Below, piece by piece: positions 53,301 to 64,000 of a stretch of 64,000 bases of DNA (positions are counted from its first letter, which is position 1; each line of letters opens with the position of its first letter). A model generated the notes under the pieces. It saw only the letters and a program-made list of their open reading frames with translations. It was not told where the DNA came from and searched no databases. The position numbers and the translations under genes are program-made. The DNA is from Phyllobates terribilis (Eukaryota). The stretch lies in assembly GCF_046119375.1 (NCBI RefSeq), contig NW_027362770.1:141174001-141238000 (forward strand), written 5' to 3'.

Positions 53301-55300
53301 CTGGGACGGCTGACGGCTGGTGTTTCTAGCCTGGGAGGGGGCCAATATTCATGGCACCCTTCCTGGGCTATTAATATCAGCCCCCAGCTGTCTGCCTAGC
53401 CTTTGCTAGCTATTAAAATAGGGGGGACCCCACGTCATTTTTTTGGGGGGGTCCCCCATTTTAATAGCTAGTAAAGGCTAGGTATTCAGATGGGGGCTGA
53501 TATCAGTAGCCTGGGAAGCTCCGTGGGTATTACCCCCTTCCCAGGCTTCAAACATCTGCCCCAGCCGTCTGCTTAACCTCCGCTAGAGACTAAAATTACC
53601 AGGAACCCCACGCCAATTTTTTTTTAAATAAATCCTTTATTTTAATACTAAATGACAAGTACAGTAAGTAACACTGTCACTGTACTTCTTATATATGTGA
53701 CTGACATGTTTCTATCTATCTAATCTATGTGTGATGCTCTATCTTTCTGTTATAAATTGTCGGGTACCGCTGCTGAATTGCCGGCCGGCTTTTTTTAAGA
53801 GACGGCGCATGAAAACACTATTATTTTTTTAAATAAATCCTTTACACTAAATGACAAGTTCAGTAAGTAACACTGTCACTGTACTTCTTATATATGTGAC
53901 TGACATGTTTCTATCTATCTAATCTATGTGTGATGCTCTATCTTTCTCTTATAAATTGTCGGGTACCGCTGCTGAATTGCCGGCCGGCTTTTTTTTAAGA
54001 GACTGTGCATGAAAACACTATTATTTTTTTAATAAATCCTTTACACTAAATGACAAGTACAGTAAGCTGAGCACTGCCATCCAGCTTGTCATCCTTCAGA
54101 GACACTGCAGAGCGCAGGCATTTTGGGAACTTCCGATTCCGGTATTCGATATTCTAAAAGTATCGGAACTCAGTATCGGAGCTCCGATACCGCGAATATC
54201 GGCCGATACCCGATATTTCAGTATCGGAATGCTCAACACTAGTGGTGAGTACTTTGAACCCCCAAGTGTTTCACAAAAGTTTATAACGTAGAGCCGTAAA
54301 AATAAAAAAAACACTTTTTTTCCACAAAAATGATCTTTTAGCCCCAATCTTTTTTTTTTCTTTGCCAGAACAGCAGAACCCCGCATAAGAGACCCCATTT
54401 TACAAACACATGTGCCTCACAGAGTTTTACACCATTGGGCGATGAAGAAAGAATAATTAAATTTTTACCACCACAGTTTTGTTTTAGCCCCAGATTTTAC
54501 ATTTTCACGCTTGGAAATGGGTAAAAATGGCATTAAAATTTGTCATACAATTTTTGCTGAATGCAGAAATACCCCATATGTGGTTATACAGTACTGCTTG
54601 GCCAAACGGCGAGACTCGGGAGGGACGGAGCTCTATTTGCCTCCTGGAGCACAGATTTTCCTAGAATAGTATGCGGACTCCATATACAGAGCTCTTAAGT
54701 GCTAGAAGAGCAGAATCCCCCTTTAAGTGACCCCATTTTGGAAATTATACCCCTTTGGGAATTTATCTACAGGTGTGGTGAGGATTTTAACTACATGGGT
54801 CTTTTCCAGAAACAATCAGCTGTGGATGTTGCTGAGTGAAAACTGCAAACTGCCGTTGTAGTGACCAGTACGTTGTAGTGACTAGTAGGTTGTTCCCAGC
54901 TCGTACATGCACCCGTTAATTAGGCAGGCTCTCATCGCTATAGAAATGCCAAACAGGTGGATGCTAATTACAGTTTAGGTACACACTGGAGAACAGAAGG
55001 GAGGGGGCATTTGGATTTGGAAGCACAGAATTTGCTGAATTTCTTTTGGAGGGCAAGAGCCATTTTGCTTTTCCAGAGCATTTGTGTTACTAGTAACGTG
55101 GAAGCCCCCTATATTTCCGGTAATAGATGACAAACCTGAGTGGGGACTTGCTTTTTTTGTGGATTGAGTCTGTCACACAGCTGACACCCTGCGGTGACCG
55201 TTGTCCGGGCGCGATCAGTGAGATGTAATAATACGTATCTGGTCATTAAGGCCCAGGTCAGAGGGACATATTATTATGCTTCACGTCAGAAAGGGGTTAA
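50331..55300. mobile_element. TTAA-flanked piggyBac-like non-autonomous element A (hosts a nested hAT MITE)
   Basis: ttaacccc..gttaatgaccag start; ..ctggtcattaagg..aaggggttaa end; no transposase ORF. Confidence 0.55.
51236..54241. mobile_element. 3.0-kb fold-back non-autonomous hAT element with 8-bp TSD
   Basis: GTGGTGAG|tagtgttgagc ... gctcaacacta|GTGGTGAG; body is a long inverted repeat centred near 52740, with ~200-bp tandem duplications in both arms. Confidence 0.88.
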
Positions 55301-56117
55301 GTTAATTGCAGTAGGTAGCATTATCTTGCTCTAGCTATGTCCATATCACAGATGCAGGGTCTGTTTTCCAGTTTTCCCACTAGAGGGCACTATTCCAATG
55401 GTAATATATTATGCACAGTCTCAATAACACGACAATTAGCAGTCTATGATAACAGCCAGCTGACAACAAAATCTGCTTGTTTTCATAGAAGATCACAACA
55501 GAAAATGTGTTCTCCTTCTCTGGGCACATGTTCAGTTCTTATAGTGAAGACATGAAACCAAATATATTAACCCCTTAAAAACCGCCGTAACGCATTTTCA
55601 CGGCGGCAGTTAAGGGTACTTATTCCTCAGCACCGTAAAAATGCGTCGCTGAGGAATAAGGCTGCAGCGTCCCCCAGAGTCGGAAATTCTCTGGGGTCTC
55701 AGCTACTCCCGCCTCTGGGGGGGGGGGGTAGCTGAGACCCTGGAGAATATGATCAGGGCCGGTTTTTACAGTTTCCAATCATGTTATCGTCGTTAATCAC
55801 CGGATAACGGCTATCACAATAAAAGAGTGTGCTCGCGGTTTACAATCATTTCTCCGTCCTCTGATCACCCACGGATCTTCCCCCGGCCATCCGGCATCTT
55901 TCGGGAGAAAAAAAATGGCAGGTGCATGCGCAGTGCGCCCGCCGAGATTTGTCGGCCGGTACCCGGCAACAACAGGGAATTTTCCCTGTTGGTTCATTTT
56001 GATCACTGAGATAAACCCTATCACAGTGATCAAAATAAAAAGAAATAATAAATCAAACCCCCTTTTGTCCCCCCTCTAGGGAAATAAAAATGATAAAATA
56101 AAAAATATTTTTTTTCC

Positions 56118-56371
56118 AGGGTTAGGCTTAGGGTTAGGGTTGTGTTAGGGTTGTGTTAGGGTTGTGTTAGGGTTAGGGTTGTTTTGGAGTTAGGATTAGG
56201 GTTAGGATTAGGGTTGTGTTAGGGTTAAGATTGTGTTAGGGTTAAGATTGTGTTAGAGTTAGGATTGTGTTAGGGTTAGGGTTGTGTTAGGGTTACGGTT
56301 AGGATTAGGGTTAGGGTTGGGGGTTAGGGTTATGGTTAGGGTTGGGGGTTAAGGTTGTGTTGGAGTTGGGA
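56118..56371 (+). repeat. Degenerate (TTAGGG)n interstitial telomere-like array
   Basis: ttagggttagggttgtgttaggg.. for ~250 bp. Confidence 0.9.
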
Positions 56372-56413
56372 TTTTTTCAAAAGTAAAGAAAAAAATTATG
56401 ACAATACGGTGAC

Positions 56414-56721
56414 TAGTGTTGAACGCAAGTGCTCGCTACTTGAGATTGCATCGGGTGTTTGGGTATGCACCGAGTATAGTGGGTGCTCAAGTGACATGCT
56501 TGAGTTCTCGCCCCGCATGTTTCGCGGTTTTTATACTTCCAAAAAACACACGGGGATTGCCTGCCGTACATGAGCGATCCCCGTATGGTTTTTTTGGGTG
56601 TCTAACAACTGTGAAACATGCGGGCGCGGACTCGAGCGTGTCACTTGAGCACCCGCGATACATGGTGCATACCTGAGTACCCGATGCAAACTCAATTAGC
56701 GAGCACTTGCACTCAACACTA
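56414..56721. mobile_element. 308-bp palindromic hAT-type MITE
   Basis: tagtgttgaacgcaagtgctcgcta ... tagcgagcacttgcactcaacacta. Confidence 0.8.
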
Positions 56722-58566
56722 ATGACAATATATTCAATATGATGACCTCATGATATCAAATTCTGTGTCGTACCTCTGGGTTCAAAATGTTCACTATACC
56801 CCTTGATAAAATCCCTGAGGGGTCTAGTTTCCAAAATGGTGTCACTTGTGGGGGGTTTCCACTGTTTAGGCACATCAGGGGCTCCCCAAATGCGACATGG
56901 CGTCCGCTAATTATTCAAGCAAATTTTAAATTCAAAAATTCAAACGGCGCTCCTTCCCTTCCAAACCCTGCCGTGCACCCAAACAGTGGTTTTCCCCCAC
57001 ATATGGGGTATCGGCTTACTCAGGAGAAATTGCACAACAAATTTTGTGGCCCATTTTCTCTTGTTACCCTTGAGAAGATTAAAAATTTGCGTCTAAAGTA
57101 AAATTTTTGAGGAAGAAAAGTTAAATGTTCATTCTTTCCTTCCACGTTGCTTCAGTTCCTGTGAAGCACGTGAAGGGTTAATAAACTTCTTGAATGTGGT
57201 TTTGCGCACCTTGAGGGGTGCAGTTTTTAGAATGGTGTCACTTTTGGGTATTTTCTGTCATATAGACCCCTCAAAGTCACTTCAAATGTGATGTGGTTCC
57301 TAAAAAAATGGTTTTGTAAATTTCGTTGGAAAAATGAGAAATCACTTGTCAACTTTTAACCCTTATAACTTCCTAACCTAAAAAAAAATTTGGTTCCAAA
57401 ATTGTGCTGATGTAAAGTAGACATGTGGGAAATGTTATTTATTAACTATTTTGTGTGACATATCGCTCTGATTTAAGGACATAAAAATTCAAAGTTTGAA
57501 AATTGAAAAATTTTAAAAATTTTCGTTAAATTTCCGTTTTTTTCACTAATAAACACAAGTCATATCGAAGATATTTTACGACAATCATGAAGTACAACAT
57601 GTCACGAAGAAATAATCTCAGAATCAGTGGGATCCATTGAAGCATTCCAGAGTAATTACCTCATAAAGTAACAGTGGTCAGAATTGTAAAATTCAGCCTG
57701 GTCATTAAGCACATAATTGGCTCCGTCCTCACTACTTAAAGGGAACCTGTCACTAGATTCCTGCTGTCCGATCCCCTTCCCGATATGGCAATCTTCCATT
57801 TTTGCATTTTCATTTTTTCTTCTCCCCCTTCCAAGAGCCATAACTTTTTTTATTATTCCATTCACATAATCATATGACGGCTTTTTTTGGGTTGTTGTTG
57901 AACGATTTGTAGCTTTATATAACACCATTGATTTTACCATTCAATGTACTGCAAAAAGTTAAAAAAATTCTCAATGTGGTGAAATTGCACAAAAAATAAG
58001 TAATTTGTCTTACGACATTGAATGTGCGGTAAGAATGACTTGGAAATTAATAATATATTTTTATTTATATAGCGCCAACATATTCAGCAGCACTTTACAA
58101 TTAACTAGGGAATATAATATATTCAGGTTACGACAATCCAAACTTCTATAGTTTATTTTTTTCTTTAAATGATGGGAAAAAATTTGAAAATTCCTAAAAA
58201 ATATATTATATATTATATTATTATAATAATAATAATTCACTTGTTCCCATTTGCTGAGACTCCTTTTTGTGTGGCAAGCTGACATTTTTATTAATACCAT
58301 TGTGGGGAAGATACAATATTTTGATTCATATTGCGTTTTTTTTACCAAAAAAATCCACAATTTTTGCATTTATTTTTCTCTTTATGGTAGTTACTGATCG
58401 CATTACTTTATTTTTTTTCCTTTTTTAATGGGAGGGGAGAAAGGTATAGAATATATTTATTTTTTTTCTATTTAAAAAAAAAAATTACTGTATTTTTTAG
58501 TCCCTTCAGGTGACTTGAACCTGCGATCGTTCACTCTCTTCTACTACAGTATGTACCGCAATACTA

Positions 58567-60048
58567 CACTGCTCAAAAAATAAAGGGAACATTCAAATAA
58601 CACATCCTAGATCTGAATGAATGAAATATTCTCATTGAATACTTTGTTCTGTACAAAGTTGAATGTGCTGACAACAAAATCACACAAAAATCATCAATGG
58701 AAATCAAATTTATTAACCAATGGAGGCCTGGATTTGGAGTCACCCCCAAAATTAAAGGGGAAAAACACACTACAGGCTGATCCAACTTTGATGTAATGTC
58801 CTTAAAACAAGTCAAAATGAGGCTCAGTATTGTGTGTTGCCTCCACGTGCCTGTATGACCTCCCTACAACGCCTGGGCATGCTCCTGATGAGGGTGCGGA
58901 TGGTCTCCTGTGGGATCTCCTCCCAGACCTGGACTAAAGCATCCGCCAACTCCTGGACAGTCTGTGGTGGATGGAGCGAGACATGATATCCCAGATGTGC
59001 TCAATCGGATCCAGGTCTGGGGAACGGGCGGGCCAGTCCATAGCTTCAATGCCTTCATCTTGCAGGAACTGCTGACACACTCCAGCCACATGAGGTCTGG
59101 CATTGTCCTGCATTAGGAGGAACCCAGGGCCAACCGCACCAGCATATGGTCTCACAAGGGCTCTGAGGATCTCATCTCGGTACCTAATGGCAGTCAGGCT
59201 ACCTCTGGCGAGCACATGGAGGGCTGTGCGGCCCGCCAAAGAAATACCACCCCACACCATTACTGACCCACTGCCAAACCTGTCATGCTGAAGGATGTTG
59301 AAGGCAGCAGATCGCTCTCCACGGCGTCTCCAGACTCTGTCACGTCTGTCACATGTGCTCAGTGTGAACCTGCTTTCATCTGTGAAGAGCACAACCCCCA
59401 TCTGTGGACGTCGGCCCTCATACCACCCTCATACCCACCCTCTAGTCTGTTTCTAACCGTTTGTGCAGACACATGCACATTTATGGCCTGCTGGAGGTCA
59501 TTTTGCAGGGCTCTGGCACTGCTCCTCCTGTTCCTCCTTGCACAAAGGAGGCGGTAACGATCCTGCTGCTGGGTTGTTGCCTTCCGATGGCTCCCTCCAC
59601 ATCTCCTGGTATCTGCTGCATGCTCTGGACACTGTGCTGACAGACACAGCTACCCTTCTTGCCACAGCTCGCACTGATGTGCCATCCTGGATGAACTGCA
59701 CTACCTGAGCAACTTCTGTGGGTTGTACTGTAGACACCGCCTCATGCTACTGTACTTTTAGGGGTGAGAGCAATGGCAAAAAGAAAAAGTTACCAAAACA
59801 ACAGCCAAAAAGGATGAGAACAGAGAAATGGTCTGTGGTCACCACCTGCAGAACCACTCCTTTATAGGGGGTATCTTGCTAATTGCCGATCGTTTCTACC
59901 AGTTGTCTGTTCCATTTGCACAACAGCAGGAGAAATTGATTCACAATCAGTGTTGCTTCATAACTGGATAGGTAGATTTCACAGAAGTGTTATTGACTTG
60001 GAGTTACATTGTGTTCTTTAAGTGTTCCCTTTATTTTTTTGAGCAGTG
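58567..60048 (-). mobile_element. Second copy of the same Tc1 family; transposase pseudogene
   Basis: TA|cactgctcaaaaaa.. ..tttttgagcagtg|TA; deletions and frameshifts; retains PIEH (DD34E). Confidence 0.93.
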
Positions 60049-60997
60049 TATATCATTGCAGTATTTAGTAGAAATCACAGTATCCTATGAAGCCCAGGTA
60101 CTGGCTGGGCTTCATAGCAGCACCATCATGGCAAGCACGGGCGTCTTCAGCAGGCACCCGACAGCCATAACAACCCATCAGCGCCACATGATCACATTGC
60201 AAAGGGGCCAATGTGCATGTGAAATGGTGTGCCCGCAGGCTGCACCCTGTAAATGCTGTCACAGCTCAGCTCCACCTGCTGCTGATAGAGGCATATCTGT
60301 CTGTGTGACCTGACATATGATGTAATAAATAATATGTCATATGTCAGGAAGGAGTTAAGGGAACATTCACATTGAGGGTTTTTTTCGGCATTCAAAAACT
60401 ACAAATTTTCTAATGGAAACTGCGTCAGGACACCCTTTCTTTGGGAAGTTTTTGCAGCTTTTCTTTTTCGGAAACTCTTTTTTAAGGGTTTTTGGAATTT
60501 CTTTTTTCAGCCCTCTGATTGGACAGCACCAAGTTTGGAGCCTTTTCCATCAAGAGCGGCTTTCATGCACTTTCTATTCTTCCACCAGGTGGTTTTGAAA
60601 ACATGAAGCATTTAAAATACACTCAAAAGCCTGAACATATAAGAACAGCAAGTAGAAATTAACAAGAAGATTCTTTTGAGTGATTTATGAACGCTTTTTC
60701 TGGCGTTTTTGGCAGCCAAGGCTCTCTCAAAAAAAAGAAGATGCAGTGTGAACATACTCTTACTATAAAAAGCCGCAACGTGTTAGAGACAACATTCTTT
60801 TAAAAGCCATCTGGCGATTTAAAAAAAATCAGACCTGCCTTCTATTAAACGAGATTTACAAAATAGACAAAATAAAAAAATATTATAAATTTCATAATTC
60901 CTTTTAATTAGTAAATCACACTTTTTTTGTCTAGGGAGGTAATCATTGTTGCGCATTAAAATGGCCACCATCTTATAACACTGACAGAAATCTGTCC

Positions 60998-62294
60998 TAA
61001 AGGGTTTGTCCAGCCTCAGAAAAGCAGCCTCTTCTTACCTCAGCACCCCTGGTATCTCCAGTATTAGATCAGATAGACAGAGTGGACAGCAGTGTGAGCA
61101 GCACCTTCTTACCTCAGCACCACTGGTATCTCCAGTATTAGATCAGATAGATAGGGTGGACAGCAGTGTGAGCAGCCTCTTATTACCTCATCACCCCTGG
61201 TATCTCCAGTATTAGATCAGATAGGGTGGACAGCAGTGTGAGCAGCACCTTCTTACCTCAGCACCACTGGTATCTCCAGTATTAGATCAGATAGATAGGG
61301 TGGACAGCAGTGTGAGCAGCCTCTTCTTACCTCAGCACCCCTGGTATCTCCAGTATTAGATCAGATAGACAGGGTGGACAGCAGTGTGAGCAGCACCTTC
61401 TTACCTCAGCACCACTGGTATCTCCAGTATTAGATCAGATAGATAGGGTGGACAGCAGTGTGAGCAGCCTCTTATTACCTCATCACCCCTGGTATCTCCA
61501 GTATTAGATCAGATAGACAGGATGGACAACAGTGTGATCAGCTCTTTTTACCTCAGCACCACTGATATCCCCAGTATTAGATCAGATAGGGTGGACAGCA
61601 GTGTGAGCAGCCTCTTCTTACCTCAGCATTCCTGTGTTGTCCAGTATTAGATCCGATAGGGTGGACAGCAGTGTGAGTAGCCTCTTACCTCAGCATCCCT
61701 GGGTTGTCCAGTAATTAGATCTGATAGACAGGGTGGACAGCAGTGTGAGCAGCCTCTTCTTACCTCAGCATTCCTGGGTTGTCCAGTAATTAGATCTGAT
61801 AGACAGGGTGGACAGCAGTGTGAGCAGCATCTTCTTACCCCAGCACCCCTGGGTTTTCCAGTATTAGATCAAATAGAGTGGACAGCAGTGTGAGCAGCAT
61901 CTTCTTACCCCAGCATCCCTGGGTTTTCCAGTATTAGATGAAATAGAGTGGACAGTAGTGTGAGCAGCCTCTTCGTACCTCAGCACCACTGGTATCTCCA
62001 GTATTAGATCAAATAGAGTGGACAGCAGTGTGAGCAGCATCTTCTTACCCCAGCACCCCTGGGTTTTCCAGTATTAGATCAAATAGAGTGGACAGCAGTG
62101 TGAGCAGGATCTTCTTACACCAGCACCCCTGGGTTTTCCAGTATTAGATGAAATAGAGTGGACTGCAGTGTGATCAGCCTCTTCTTACCTCAGCACCCCT
62201 GGAATCTCCAGTATTACATCAGATAGACAGGGTGAAAAATCAGTGGACTATCCTTAACTTATAAGATTACTGTAAAATGGAAATACCCCTTTAA
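60998..62294. mobile_element. T2-type MITE carrying a 70-74-bp minisatellite (61024-62240, ~17 copies)
   Basis: taaagggtttgtcc start, aaatacccctttaa end; unit gcagcctcttcttacctcagcacccctggtatctccagtattagatcagatagacagggtggacagcagtgtga. Confidence 0.7.
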
Positions 62295-64000
62295 ACGTGT
62301 CTCATTGAATTTAGAATTGGATATCACAGCAATGATCTCTTGTGGCTGGAACTGAAGGGGAAATGTCTGATTTTCGTCCCTGTTGGTTTTCCTGCTTCAA
62401 TACCTAACGCTCGCCATGTATTATATTACCCACCGCTCAATGTACAGTGAAATTGCCTAATCAGGTGTAGTGTGTGTGGATACAGCGTGCGGTACCTCAC
62501 CTCCTCCTAATGTAACTGTTCCTGAGATCGTTGGGATAATTTATTAGCCGTCTCCTTCAATCTCATTTTAAGGAACTCATCACCGCTAACATTTCCACCA
62601 GCTGAAGTGAACTGGCTCCAGGGACTTGATCTCTCAATTGCTTCTGGATGATAGTTGTAAAAAATGTAATAATTTATTATGATCCATCGGCTTAGAGGAT
62701 ATACCGAGCTCCTTTCTGTAGGGAAATGAATTTTTTACAGGACCGGGGATTATAGTATAACGGACTGTGAAGAGAAATCCTAAGGCAGCGTTGCCATTTC
62801 TACATAAGAATTGACGGGATCGGTGGAAAAAAATATTTGGGGGTTTCCCAGATAGAGATTTTGGAGTCCATTGGGGACTGATTTTTCCACCAATAATTCC
62901 ACCACTGTATATTGATTATTATTTGTAGCAGAATCGGAATGTGAATTTTCTTGAAGATTTACACCAAAACTTTCTAAGTCTCTAATTATGTTTTTGTAAA
63001 TTTTCTTGAAAAAAAAGAAATGAAAAAACTTTTATTCCTTCTAACATCCTAACAAAATGAAAGACATTTGAAAAATTGTCCATACGTAAAGTAGTCAAAT
63101 GGGAAATGTTATGTATTAATTTTTTTCTTTGGTATAACTATCTGGTTTAAGGGGAAAAACAAATTTTTCTAAATTTTCAGTAAATATATGATAGTTTCCT
63201 AAATAAACTGTGCAATGGCTGTGTCTGACCATGCAGGAACAAGGTCTGATCATACCACATCTCCTTGGCAGGGGAGGAAGCAAAAGAGTATACAGACATT
63301 ACAGCAAGGGATCGCAGGTGATTATTTCTGTGAGGCAAAACATTTCCCTGCCTGTTTATAAGCAATGTTTTACCTCAAAGAAAGAAAGAATTAGAAGTAA
63401 TCCCATGCTGTCCTGTCTGTATACTCTTTTGCTTCCTCTCCTGCCCAGGAGATGTGGTATGATCAGACTATGTTGCTTTACAGTCAGACACAGCCATTAC
63501 ACAGTACACAGCAGGGGCACATTTATAAGATTATCTCAGCACAGGAACATTTTTTTTAAACACATCCAATTGTGGAAGTTATTATTCTTCAAAGATCTAT
63601 TGATTAAAATGTTGATTAAAATTAACTTTGTGCCTGGGAAAATCCTTTTAAGGTCCTAATAATTTACGGATTATTTTATCAATCCTGCATGGTAAATGGC
63701 ATTAAAAAATATTTTCGATAATTGGTGTGCTTTGGTCACATCTCCTCCCCAAAAGAATAAACCAAAGTAGTGTGTACCCTAAAATAGTCCCAATAAAAAT
63801 GACAACTCATCCTCCAAAAAACAAGACCTCACATAGATACATCGAAGGAAGAAAAAAGTTATGGATGTCAAAATACGGCGACACAAACCAAAATTTGTAT
63901 TACTGTAACTTTTTTTTATTTTTATCAGTAATATAACATAAAAATATATAAGTTGGGTATCACTGTAAATATACTCGATACTCTGTATAGCCAATTCTGG

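Larger units (their letters stand above)
55567..57720. mobile_element. Related TTAA-type element B, inverted relative to A
   Basis: Starts ttaacccctt; 56790-57715 is the reverse complement of ~50340-51235. Confidence 0.55.

Noticed and set aside
44000-64000. Exons of the next syntenic gene (GALNT10 in mammals)
   Set aside because: No recognisable coding exon found by eye; short exons could have been missed.

Overview
Eukaryotic, repeat-rich vertebrate DNA; the repeat families suggest an anuran amphibian (inference). Two host genes sit head-to-head around a CpG-rich bidirectional promoter at ~39.45-39.9 kb. FAM114A2 is on the minus strand: 13 coding exons reconstructed by hand, 37030->4630, 1476 nt, 491 aa, all GT-AG with consistent phases. 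MFAP3 is on the plus strand: 2 coding exons, 41382-43889, 363 aa. The rest is transposons and their derivatives: an ~8 kb decayed hAT, five Tc1 copies (one with an open 341-aa transposase ORF and a nested Helitron), a DIRS remnant, Penelope-like remnants with hammerhead ribozyme motifs, TTAA-type and Harbinger-type MITEs, nested fold-back elements, and about ten minisatellites. Most long ORFs in the supplied track are stop-free read-throughs of minisatellites, not genes. The best leads are: a near-canonical minimal hammerhead inside an inverted-repeat-bounded Penelope-like element; a hAT carrying inverted copies of its own transposase with CTCF-consensus motifs; a Helitron packed with CCAAT boxes and hairpins; and TE-borne arrays of transcription-factor motifs. 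Family assignments come from recalled motifs, and no database search was run. I cannot establish that any of these is previously undescribed.
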